In this document: positions 1 through 10,632 of the stretch, in pieces
Layout: every line of letters starts with the position of its first letter
How positions within the stretch are numbered: the stretch's first letter is position 1
NCBI RefSeq assembly: GCF_028641065.1
Contig: NW_026575268.1
Coordinates: 1 to 57,745, forward strand
Direction: 5' to 3'
Source: Leucoraja erinacea
Lineage: Eukaryota
DNA length: 57,745 bases
The notes under the pieces: generated by a model
Seen by the model: only the letters and a program-made list of their open reading frames with translations
What the model was told of the DNA's origin: nothing
Database searches by the model: none
Position numbers and translations under genes: made by a program

Positions 1-1
1 C

Positions 2-271
<270 letters not shown>

Positions 272-304
272 ATAACTACCCCCTTTATTCCAACACAAAA
301 TAAA

Positions 305-345
305 GGCTCTTCTAAGAGCCACCAACAACCTCACAGAAAGAGCAG
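305..345 (+). promoter_or_regulatory. Histone 3' stem-loop and HDE of H4
   Basis: GGCTCTTCTAAGAGCC at 305-320, then ACCAA, then AAAGAGCAG at 337-345. Confidence 0.95.
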
Positions 346-369
346 TGATTAGGGAATTATAGAGTAGAA

Positions 370-668
370 GCAGATTGAAATGTGTTTTATTAAACTAGTT
401 ATTCCACCACTGAACATAACAGTTTTTAACTTTATCACCGCGGTCATTAGAATGCAAAGCCGACAGTAAAAGATCATACACAAGGCGATGTCGGTTTCCC
501 TTTTACCGATATACCTCATGATTAATGCAGCAACAGGAGGGTCGACTCCAAACCGTTCCCCGGGTAACAGCCGCTTATTTCCAGTCACGAGCTGAGCTGA
601 ATTCCGTCTGCACCGGGATCCGGTCTGTAAATCCGCGCTGCATATTCAGTCATCATTTAAGCGAGAAG
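370..668 (+). repeat. Conserved ~300-bp H4 3'-flank/spacer block (paralogues at 4870-5165 and 41600-41905, both minus)
   Basis: Near-identical blocks such as GGGATCCGGTCTGTAAATCCGCG and CCTCATGATTAATGCAGCAACAGGAGGGTC in all three copies. Confidence 0.9.
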
Positions 669-897
669 TTACACAACCTCACAGATGGAGCAGTGACCAC
701 GAGATCTGATTAATTATAATTTGTTATAGGTTAACTGGGGCCGATGAGATTTGCAACTAATTATATTGCATCCTGCAGCAGTCAATGTGTTCCCGTAAAT
801 GAACATTTTGTTATATTGGTGATCGGTTGTACTGTTGTGGAGTGGTGTCAAAACACCGGTCTGGTGTCGAACAGTCTGGGTGGCAATAGGTCATGAT

Positions 898-1650
898 TTG
901 GTGGCCGATTGGGAAAGGGGGAGATGCAGCGAGACCTGGGTGTCATGGTACACCAGTCATTGAAGGTAGGCATGCAGGTGCAGCAGGCAGTAAAGAAAGC
1001 GAATGGTATGTTAGCTTTCATTGCAAAAGGAATTGAGTATAGGAGCAGGGAGGTTCTACTGCAGTTGTACTGGGTCTTGGTGAGACCACACCTGGAGTAT
1101 TGCGTACAGTTTTGGTCTCCAAATCTGAGGAAGGACATTATTGCCATAGAGCGAGTGCAGAGACGGTTCACCAGACTGATTCCTGGGATGGCAGGACTGT
1201 CTTATGAGGAAAGACTGGATAGACTTGGTTTATACTCTCTCGAATTTAGGAGATTCGGAGGGGATCTTATAGAAACTTACAAAATTCTTAAGGGGTTGGA
1301 CAGGCTAGATGCAGGAAGATTGTTCCCGATGTTAGGGAAGTCCAGGACAAGGGGTCACAGCTTAAGGATAAGGGGAAAATCCTTTAAAACCGAGATGTGA
1401 AGAACTTTTTTCACACAGAGAGTGGTGAATCTCTGGAACTCTCTGCCACAGAGGGTAGTTGAGGCCAGTTCATTGGCTATATTTAAGAGGGAGTTAGATT
1501 TGGCCCTTGTGGCTAAGGGAATCAGGGGGTATGGAGAGAAGGCAGGTACGGGATACTGAGTTGGATGATCAGCCATGATCATATTGAATGGCGGTGCCGG
1601 CTCGAAGGGCCGAATGGCCTACTCCTGCACCTAATTTCTATGTTTCTATG
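898..1650 (+). mobile_element. CR1 LINE, 5'-truncated 3' fragment
   Basis: ORF2 C-terminus (LVRPHLEYCVQFWSP), CR1 3' UTR, (TTTCTATG)n tail. Confidence 0.93.
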
Positions 1651-2094
1651 AAGAAAGGCGTTGCTACATGGAGACACGCTGATTCGTGTCGGCGAAATGT
1701 CGCCTATTCCTTCCCTCGACAAATGCTGTTTGATCGGTTGTTATTTCACGTAATTGGAGTCGTCACACAAATGAAACTAGATTAAATTTTCCCGCTGCGG
1801 ATTGATAAATTTTCCTTCATTCGACCTTTCTGAAATTCCCCAGCGCCCCACTCACTGCACCCCGTTGTGAGAGAGCTCCGTGTATCTGACGGAGAGAATG
1901 CGGACTGTGTAGAAACCCGGATAGAAGCGGCGCGCTTTGTGTGGGGAAGATGTTGGCTTTATTCATGGCAACTGGAGGGTCGTAACGTGGAATGTGTGTT
2001 AGTCCGGGTGTTTCACACGACAGCGGATAAACAGAACGGAAATACCCCGCGCCCACCCCAGCCGGTATTCAGCCCTTCGACAGACACGGTGGGT

Positions 2095-2110
2095 GGATCT
2101 GAAAAGAGCC
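2095..2110 (-). promoter_or_regulatory. Damaged histone stem-loop of the H2A pseudogene
   Basis: GGCTCTTTTCAGATCC (one stem mismatch) followed by ACCCA. Confidence 0.85.
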
Positions 2111-2145
2111 GTTGGGTCGTTAGATTGACGTTTCGCTGATTTGTT

Positions 2146-2540
2146 TGCTCTTACTGCCAGAGGTTGCGCTGCTTTTCTTGGGCCTGGATATTAGGCAGCA
2201 CCAAAGATCATAGCAGCACCCGCCTCGAGCAATGGTCACGTCTCCCAGCTGCTTGTGGAGCTCCTAGTCGTTGCGGACGGCCAGCTGCAGATGTCTGGGG
2301 ATGATGCGGGTCTTCTTGTTGTCCCGGGCCACGTTGCCGGCCAGCTCGACGGTTTCAGCCGTCAAATATTCGAGCAGAGCAGCCAGACAGACCGGGGCTC
2401 CGGCACCCACCCGCTCACCATAGTTGCCTTTTCTCTAGGAGCCTGTGAACACGGCCCACCGGGAATTGCAGTCCAGCTCGGGACGAGCGTGACTTAGGCT
2501 TGGTCTTGGCTTTGCCTCCGGTTTTCCCTCGTCCAGTCAA
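2146..2540 (-). pseudogene. H2A: Histone H2A pseudogene
   Basis: TTG in place of ATG, then [34 protein letters not shown]; frameshifts; transposon footprint carrying TGA; deletion near the C-terminus; 3' end approximate. Confidence 0.93.
2194..2219. mobile_element. Excision footprint of P-like DNA transposon in H2A pseudogene CDS
   Basis: GGCAGCAC-CAAAGATCAT-AGCAGCAC: 8-bp duplication (7/8) around a remnant of the TIR CAAAGATCTTATAG. Confidence 0.75.
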
Positions 2541-2568
2541 TTTCCCCAAACTTCTGCGGAAAGAGAAT

Positions 2569-2606
2569 GTGGAAATGAAAGATTCTATAGGATCTTTGGT
2601 GGAAAT
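2569..2606. mobile_element. Excision footprint of P-like DNA transposon in H2A pseudogene 5' UTR/promoter
   Basis: GTGGAAAT-GAAAGATT-CTATAGGATCTTTG-GTGGAAAT: perfect 8-bp TSD around left and right TIR remnants. Confidence 0.85.
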
Positions 2607-3033
2607 TCTCCTGCACTGGCCCTGCTTGTAGCTTCTAGAGAGGAATGTGGTGGGGCGCTTACCATTGGTGGCGCAGCGCTTCATCTCATTGGTAATATGA
2701 AATAGGCCAATCGTAGAGCTGCCTCGTTCTCCAATGACCAGACGCCAATAGGAAAACAACCGTCGCTCCACAAAAGAACTGACATTTGAAAAGCCCGCCC
2801 AAAAATAACATATATTTTCAGCAATACCTTAGACATTAAGAAATTAATTACACATTTGTGTGTGATAATGGATCCCCGCATCCACAGTTATTCTATGCTG
2901 ACCCACCTACAAAACACACCGAGTGTGAATTAGTTTCATGGTGAGAGACTCCTAGGAATGCATTCTTACTATTTTAAACCGCAAACCTATGGGAACATGA
3001 TCGCTCTTTGCATAAACGACATTAGAGTATTGA

Positions 3034-3090
3034 CGGTAGACAAAAATGCTGGAGCAACTCAGCGGGTGAGGCAGCATCTATGGAGCGAAT
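3034..3090 (-). mobile_element. Penelope-derived terminal repeat fragment
   Basis: GCTGGAGCAACTCAGCGGGTGAGGCAGCATCTATGGAGCGAA matches the pLTR at 9400-9441. Confidence 0.75.
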
Positions 3091-3965
3091 AAAACTATGT
3101 TCGGATCAACTATTGACGATCAATTGTCTAATGACTCTCGGAGCCGTCGCAGCAATGTTTCTCGAATAGAAACCGGGACTCACACGTTCAAAACAACAGA
3201 ATGCAGTCACTAAAAGTCAGTCACTTCACAACTAAAACAGCAGCAGCAACAAACACACAAACATCTTGTTTACGTTAATTCAATCTGAAGGGATGGATCA
3301 CTGAGAGAAGTGTATGAAGATTGAGACAAACTAACGAGAAAGGCGAGGGTGAAGTTTCTGTTTCAATGAGGTGGGCAGGAATGTACTCGCATCTTGATTA
3401 TACCGGGTTTGGACGGCTAATTTGATCAAATTAAACAGAATGAGAACTATCGCCTGCGAATGAAATATCGAACCAGTTGCATCAATGCGGTGTCCAAATA
3501 TCAACACAACACTTTCAGTGAGACGGTGCGTGAGCAGAGCCATTAGGATTTCCGTTAGCAGCGTCAGCGCTGTGTGGGTCGTTACTTGTAGTTGGAGTAT
3601 GTGGTCGCCGCCTTTGTCCCTCCAACCGGCCTCATCATTATGGAGATGGTGTAACTCAGTGTCTGTGGAAGGACTGATCAGCGACTGAGGGGCGCGCGTG
3701 GAAAGTGCGTAATAAAGGCGTTTGTTGTCCTTGAACCCGGAGCGCGTGAGAAAAGGGGGCGCAGAGCGAACAGGGGCTGGTCGTGTACACACCATTATGA
3801 GCCGTGTTGGCATTTACATCGAAACCAGTTACACTTGAATGACTGAAGTCAGACTCCACTCCGCAGCAGTCTCTGCGGCATCAATTCAGATAAAACCCCG
3901 CAGAAAGATAACATTGATGTAAAAGGACATTATAAAGCCACAGCTCTTTCTTCTGCCGGATTAGT

Positions 3966-4426
<461 letters not shown>

Positions 4427-4869
4427 TCAACAGTGGGAGCACAGTGTGAAATACAGGGACTGAATGACGGAGCCGGCTCTGGGACCCGCTTTTGTAGCGT
4501 TGCTCTGGGACCCGCTGAGCGTTGGTGAAGGGCCGGCCCACCAACCACAGCCTCTGAATGGATGGAGCAGAGATGTCACTCACGGTGTCCCATCCCTGCG
4601 AGTGGCTGCAGGTTTGTCAGCACCAGGCGGCTGTTTCAGAAGGTCTGAGGCGAGGGGAGGAGGCGATACAGAGATGTGTGACCTGCGGGTGGGGTGGGGG
4701 AAGCTCAGCCAACCAGAGAGCACACACTCTATGAGTGTTATTGGTTGAGGATACATTTTCAAATTGCCCGCCAATTTCGGAGCAGCCGGTAAACGAGGCC
4801 AGTCTTTTGTCTTATAATTCTGAATTCATTCAGATTCTGTCAACATGACATCAAATTCCCTTAAATAAT

Positions 4870-5216
4870 TGACCGAATTTGCGGCGCGGATTTACAGACC
4901 GGATCCCGGTGCAGAGGGAATTTGTCTCTGCCCGTGACTGGAAATAAACAACTGTTACCCGGGGAACGGTTTGGAGTTGACCCTCCTGTTGCTGCATTAA
5001 TCACGAGGTACATAGGTAAAAGGGAAACTGTCATCGCCTTGTGTATGATATTTTACTGTCGGCTGTCGAGATTCTTTGCATCGCTAATGAACGCGGGGAT
5101 CATGTTAAACACTTTTGTGTTCAGTGGTTGAACTAAAGGTTTTATTAAAATACATCGCAATCTGTATCCACTTTCATCCCGGGTCTCTGCTCTCTGTGGT
5201 TGGCCACAAGAGCCTT
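4870..5216 (-). repeat. H4 3'-flank block with degenerate stem-loop remnant (unit A)
   Basis: Aligns to 41615-41970; AAGAGCC half-stem retained at about 5208-5214. Confidence 0.85.
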
Positions 5217-5224
5217 ACAAGAGC

Positions 5225-5320
5225 GTCTGAAGAAGGGTCTCGACCCGAAACGTCACCCATTCCATCTTTCCAGAGATGCCGCCTGTCCTGCTGAGTTTAG
5301 CTTTTTGTGACTATCTTCAG
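5225..5320 (+). mobile_element. Penelope-derived repeat with minimal hammerhead motif
   Basis: CTGAAGA-A-GGGTCTCGACCC-GAAAC-GTC at 5227-5254. Confidence 0.75.
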
Positions 5321-5327
5321 AGACTAT

Positions 5328-5387
5328 CATCCACGGCAGTTACGCTTGGCGTGCTCAGTGTCGGTGACCGCATCCCTAATCATATAC
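5328..5387 (-). pseudogene. H4: Histone H4 coding relic (~60 bp)
   Basis: CATCCACGGCAGT-TACGCTTGGCGTGCTCAGTGTCGGTGACCGCATCCCTAATCA aligns to H4 at 42053-42115 ([18 protein letters not shown] region). Confidence 0.85.
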
Positions 5388-5500
5388 AGAGAGAGGGGGG
5401 TGGGAAGAGAGGGACAGCGAGTTAGGAGGATGAGTCCCGGGTTAATTGTAATGATTTCCGCCTCGCACTTAGCCTGGTCCCGGGATCGCTTGAGTTTAGA

Positions 5501-5542
5501 TCAGCTCTTTTCCGATAGAAGTGGGTGGCTCTTAAAAGAGCC
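5501..5542 (-). promoter_or_regulatory. Stem-loop and HDE of H1 (unit A)
   Basis: GGCTCTTTTAAGAGCC at 5527-5542, then ACCCA; AAAAGAGCTGA downstream. Confidence 0.95.
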
Positions 5543-5578
5543 GTTGGGTTCTGGTCTTTACAGACAGTGCTTTTTATT

Positions 5579-6253
5579 TCACTTTTTGGTCGCTGCCTTC
5601 TTGGATTTCGCCTTCACCTGGCGTTTTACCGGCTTCTTTGCTGCCTTTTGGGGGGTTTTCGTCGCCGCCTTCTTGGGCGATGCTTTCTTCGCCGCCGTTA
5701 GTTTAGCCGCTGGTTTCTTGGCCACAACTTTCTTAGTGGAAACTTTCTTGACCGCTGGTTTCTTGGCCCCAACTTTCTTGACCGCTGGTTTCTTGGCCCC
5801 AACTTTCTTGACCGCTGGTTTCTTGGGAGTAGATTTTTTTGCCAGTGATTTCTTGGTCGGGGATTTCTTGGTCGTGGTTTTCTTGCTCTTGGATGTCTTG
5901 GCTGCTGAAACCTTCGCTTTCTTTACTGATTTCACGGCCGCTTCTCCCTTGCCGGTCTTGAAGGAGCCCTTGTTCTGGACCAGTAAACCGTTTACTAATC
6001 TCCTCTTGATGCACATCCTGATCAGGTGGCCGTACTTGTCCACATCGACGCTGTTGGCGGCCAGACCCTTCTTTATCGCAAATAAAGACAACCCTCTGCG
6101 ATCGCGACAATCCGCCACAAGCTTGTCGATCTGTTCGCCCAGCTTGAGACCGGCTGCCTTGCTCCGGGCGGGCGCCTTCTTCTTCTTGGGAGCCTTAGTT
6201 TGAGCGGTGGGGACGGCTTGAGGAGCCGCTTCAGCGGCTGCGGTCTCCGTCAT
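5579..6253 (-). CDS. H1: Linker histone H1 (224 aa), wing motif shortened
   Basis: MTETAAAEAAP start; globular domain; K/A/P-rich tail with SPTK and SPKK; true ATG at 6253, not the longer ORF start. Confidence 0.93.
   Translation of the reverse strand: MTETAAAEAAPQAVPTAQTKAPKKKKAPARSKAAGLKLGEQIDKLVADCRDRRGLSLFAIKKGLAANSVDVDKYGHLIRMCIKRRLVNGLLVQNKGSFKTGKGEAAVKSVKKAKVSAAKTSKSKKTTTKKSPTKKSLAKKSTPKKPAVKKVGAKKPAVKKVGAKKPAVKKVSTKKVVAKKPAAKLTAAKKASPKKAATKTPQKAAKKPVKRQVKAKSKKAATKK
5738..5826 (-). repeat. 30-bp coding tandem repeat (KKPAVKKVGA x3) in H1 tail
   Basis: AACTTTCTTGACCGCTGGTTTCTTGG repeated three times at 30-bp spacing. Confidence 0.9.
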
Positions 6254-6396
6254 ATCGGCAACTATGCACAAGCTCTCTCTGACACTCAGAACTGAGTGAG
6301 AAATGAAGCAAGTGGCGGCGGCACTGAGCAACTTAAAGGCAGCGAGCGGACGGGGCGGAGACATCCTGCTGTCAACTCCCGGCCCTTCCGCCTCCC

Positions 6397-6403
6397 TGTG
6401 TTT
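6397..6403 (-). promoter_or_regulatory. H1 AC box (AAACACA), unit A
   Basis: AAACACA followed by a GC box (GGAGGCGG) upstream of H1. Confidence 0.85.
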
Positions 6404-6750
6404 CTCTGTCTTCAAAAATCATGTAATTCCAATTAAAATCGGACAGTTCGGAGAGCTAAACTGGCCTCGGTACATCTCTGAGACCGGAATGCTTATTGTC
6501 GAGTAAGTCTGATACGAATTAAAGGCAGCGGTTTCCATTTAGCCCCGTTTCACTGATGCACTGAGCGCGTTATCTGTCAACATCACTGACATGCTCGCTG
6601 CGTTTCGACAGAAATATCCAAACCAACGTAAACTTTGCAGTTAATTCCCACTTCAGGACTGAGCTGGGAAGTGGGGCGATTACCTGCCACTGATATATTT
6701 ACACTTTTCACCAGTGGGGCTGGGAAATCCGTCCAAGTGTTCGGACCCAC

Positions 6751-6757
6751 AAACACA
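6751..6757 (-). promoter_or_regulatory. H1 upstream TG box (TGTGTTT), unit A
   Basis: 354 bp upstream of the AC box; conserved in unit B. Confidence 0.7.
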
Positions 6758-8300
6758 GTGACATCAGCCTGAGCCGCCCGCCCCTTTAAACGCCGCCGCT
6801 CATCCGAGTCTCTGATCCCTGGATTCGAATTCGTCTCGTCTCTTTCTTACATGAGCGACCCTGTATTTTTAAACAGTCCAACACCGGACACAAACTCCAG
6901 TTGTGGTTTCAACAACTCACTGTATGTCTGAAATGTAATGTATTTACTTTTTTATTTAACGGATAGTATTATGGTCACTGTCTCCCCACCGACTCTTCAG
7001 TCACTTGCTCTGCCTAATCTCCCAATAGGAGACCCAGGATCGCCTCTCTGTCAAGCCCTTCCACATATTGTTTGCAAAATCTTTCCTGGAATTCCACCCC
7101 TTCCATAGCCTCGAATCTATGGCAGTCCCAGTCCCAGAAGTTTAAATCACCTACCAGTATAACCCTGTTATACTTGCAGCTTTCTGCAACCCCCCTCCCC
7201 TACATCAGGTAACCCGTTAAGTTCACTAATTCACTAATTCTTTCTGCGTCTGCTTGCGAATTGTTGCAAATCAGGCAGCAGGGCCCTAAGATCTCTGTGA
7301 ACCTCGGGCCTTTGTCATCTCAGTATTTGGAGTTGGTTTATTATTGTCACCTAGCAATATGCTGTGAGTCGTTTTATTTTGTATATAATGCAGGCACATC
7401 GTACAGTCACAAAATACATGAGTACAAAAAGGAAACAAAGTGCAAGGGGCCACAACGAGGTGGATTGGAAGATTGGATTCATATGAAAGGTCTGTTCAAT
7501 TGTCTGATAACAGCGAGCGAATAGCTAATCTTGAATCTGGTGGTATGTGCTTTCAAACTGTCATATGATCGCCTGACAGCAGAGGAGAGGAGATAGAATG
7601 ACCAAGTTGTGAGTGGTTGTTGGATTATGTTGGTTGCTTTCCCGAGGCAGGGTGCAGTGTAGATTAAGTTGATGGAGCAGACTGGTTTGTGTTGGACTGG
7701 ACTGTTTCCACAACTCTCTGCATTCTATTGAGATCCTGGACAGACCTGCAATCTATGATGCTTCTGGATAAATGATTTCTATGGTGGTGCACCAGCAGAA
7801 ATTGCCAGTCATTGGAGAGCCCCTAGATTTATTTGGTATTCTTTGAAGTAGAGGCGTTGGTGTGGCGCTTATCGTAGAATCAATGTATTTGTACCAGAAC
7901 AAATAGTTGGTGATATGTTTGCAGAACATGCTTCTTTTCCCCCCCAAATTTGATAATTATGTATTCAGATGTACAGATTCATACATCCAATAAACAGAGC
8001 CTTTGGCCCACCACATCAATGCTGACCTTTTGACCCATCTATATTAATCCCATTTGCTTGCATTGGGACTTCATCTTCTGTGTCTTGCCTATATATCTGT
8101 ATGTCCAAATGTGTCTTACACATGATGACTGTATCCAATTCCACCACCTTCTCTGTCATATGATTCAGATATCAACCAATCCCTGTGTAACAAAAATACC
8201 CCTCCCATTCCCTTTAAATTTCCTTATGCTTCACATCAAACCAATCCCCTCATGTTTTTAAAATACTGACCATAAGAAAACAATATTGATTATTTACACT

Positions 8301-9350
8301 TCCATATAATAATTACAGCACGGAAACAGGCCATCTCGGCCCTTCTAGTCCGTGCCGAAAACTTACTCTCACCTTGTCCCATCTATCTGCACTCAGACCA
8401 TATCCCTCCATTCCTTTCCTGTCCATATATCTATCCAATTTATTTTTAAATGATAAAAACAAACCTGCCTTCACCACTTCCTCTGGAAGGTCATTCCACA
8501 CCGCTACCACTCTCTGAGCAAAGACGTTCCCCGTCATGTTACCCCTAAACTTCTGTCCCTTAATTCTCAAATCATGTCCTCTTGTTTGAATCTTCCCTAC
8601 TTTCAATGGAAAAAGCTTATCCAAGTCAAATCTGTGTGTCCCTTTCATAATTTTAAATACCTCTATAAAGTCCCCCCTTAACCTTCTGCGCTCCAAAGAA
8701 AAAAGACCTAACTTGTTCAACCTTTCTCTGTAACTTAGTTGCTGAAACCCAGGCAACATTCTAGTAAATCTCCTCTGTACCCTCTCTATTTTGTTGACAT
8801 CTTTCCTATAATTGGGCGACCAAAATTGTATACCATATTGCAGAATTGGTCTCACCAATGCCATGTACAATGTTAACATTACATCCCAACTTTTATACTC
8901 AATGCTCTGATTTATAAAAGCTAGCACACCAAAAGCTTTATTTCCCACCCTATCTACATGAGATTCCACCTTCAGGGAACTATGCACAGTTATTCCTAGA
9001 TCCCTCTGTTTAACTGCATTCCTCAATTCGCTACCATTTACCATGTACGTCCTATTTTGATTTGGCCTGCCAAGATGTAGCACCTCACAATTATCAGCAT
9101 TAAACTCCATCTGCCACCTTTCAGCCCATTCTTCCAAATGGCCCAAATCTCTCTCTGTAGACTTTGAAAATCTACTTCATTATCCACAACACCACCTATC
9201 TTAGTATCATCTGCATGCTTCCTAATCCAATTTACCACACCATCATTCAGATCATTGATGTACATGACAAGCAACAGTGGACCCAACACAGATCCCTGAG
9301 GCACCCCACAAGTCACTGGCCTCCAACCTGACAAACAGCCATCCACCATT
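8301..9350 (-). mobile_element. CR1 LINE 3' part (same subfamily as 50057-54436)
   Basis: ORF2 pieces [10 protein letters not shown]...KHADDTKIGG and LVRPILQYGIQFWSP; CR1 3' end. Confidence 0.92.
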
Positions 9351-9351
9351 G

Positions 9352-10632
9352 TTTAAGAGGGAACTGCAGATGCTGGAGAATCGAAGGTTACACAAAAAAG
9401 CTGGAGAAACTCAGCGGGTGCAGCAGCATCTATGGAGCGAAGGAGATAGGCAACGTTTCGGGCCGAAACCCTTCTTCAGACTGATCGGGGGCGGGGGCGG
9501 GGGTGGGTGGGGACAAGAAAGGGAAAAGGAGGAGTAGCCAGAAGGCTGGGGGATGGGAGGAGACAGCAGGGGGGCTAAGGAAGGGGAGGAGACAGCAAGG
9601 ACTAACAAAATTGAGAGAATTCGATGTTCATGCCCCCGGGGTGCAGACTCCCCAAACGGAATATGAGGTGCTGTTCCTCCAATTTCCGGTGCTGCTCGCT
9701 GTGGCCATGGAGGAGACCCAGGACAGAGAGGTCGGAGGCGGAGTGGGAGGGGGAGTTGAAGTGCTGAGCCACCGGGAGCTTGGTTATTGCGGAGCTTGGT
9801 TATTGCGGACCGAGCGGAGGTGTTCGGCGAAACGATCGCCCAACCTCCGCTTGGTGACATACAAAAAGTAATCCTCCGTCAGTTTCGCCACCTCCAACGT
9901 GACCCCACAACTCGCCACATCTTCCCATCTCCCCCCATATCTGCCTTCCGCAAAGACCGCTCCCTCCATAACTCCCTTGTCAATTCTTCCCTTCCCTCTC
10001 GGTCCACCCCCTCCCCGGGCACTTTCCCTTGCAACCGCAAGAGATGCAACACTTGTCCCTTTACCTCCCCCCTCGACTCCGTTCAAGGACCCAAGCAATC
10101 GTTCCAGGTGCGACAGAGGTTTACCTGCATCTCTTCCAACCTCATCTATTGCGTCCGCTGCTCTAGATGTCAGCAGATCTATATCGGTGAGACCAAGCGG
10201 AGGTTGGGCGATCGTTTCGCCGAACACCTCCGCTCGGTCCGCAATAACCAAGCTGACCTCCCGGTGGCTCAGCACTTCAACTCCCCCTCCCACTCCGCCT
10301 CCGACCTCTCTGTCCTGGGTCTCCTCCATGGCCACAGCGAGCAGCACCGGAAATTGGAGGAACAGCACCTCATATTCCGTTTGGGGAGTCTGCACCCCGG
10401 GGGCATGAACATCGAATTCTCCCAATTTTGTTAGTCCTTGCTGTCTCCTCCCCTTCCTTAGCCCCCCTGCTGTCTCCTCCCATCCCCCAGCCTTCTGGCT
10501 ACTCCTCCTTTCCCCTTTCTTGTCCCCTCCCACCCCCGCCCCCGATCAGTCTGAAGAAGGGTTTCGGCCCGAAACGTTGCCTATCTCCTTCGCTCCATAG
10601 ATGCTGCTGCACCCGCTGAGTTTCTCCAGCAT
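9352..10632 (+). mobile_element. 5'-truncated Penelope-like element with inverted terminal repeat
   Basis: GIY-YIG endonuclease (NLIYCVRCSRCQQIYIGETKR...EQHLIFRL..GMN) ending at 10434; about 9404-9856 is an inverted copy of about 10188-10630. Confidence 0.92.
10551..10578 (+). ncRNA. Minimal hammerhead ribozyme motif in Penelope pLTR (inverted copy at about 9453-9480)
   Basis: CTGAAGA core, stem II GGG/CCC, GAAAC-GTT with palindromic ACGT stem III, as known for Penelope-like elements. Confidence 0.7.

Noticed and set aside
349-668. Small ORF or ncRNA in the thrice-repeated ~300-bp block
   Set aside because: The ORF changes among copies and no RNA-family hallmarks are visible; best explained as duplicated H4 3' spacer
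3331-3813. 160-aa ORF downstream of H3, partly repeated at 40401-40667
   Set aside because: The shared part is duplicated 3' flank; no recognisable domain, and the frame is broken by an insertion in unit B
5307-6203. Long antisense ORFs over histone genes (also 4079, 17732, 19228, 40841, 41790, 43022)
   Set aside because: Shadow frames produced by histone codon bias; no independent protein features
6254-6415. 54-aa N-terminal extension of H1 in the ORF track
   Set aside because: Starts at a non-ATG codon and runs through the promoter; the paralogue starts at MTETAAA
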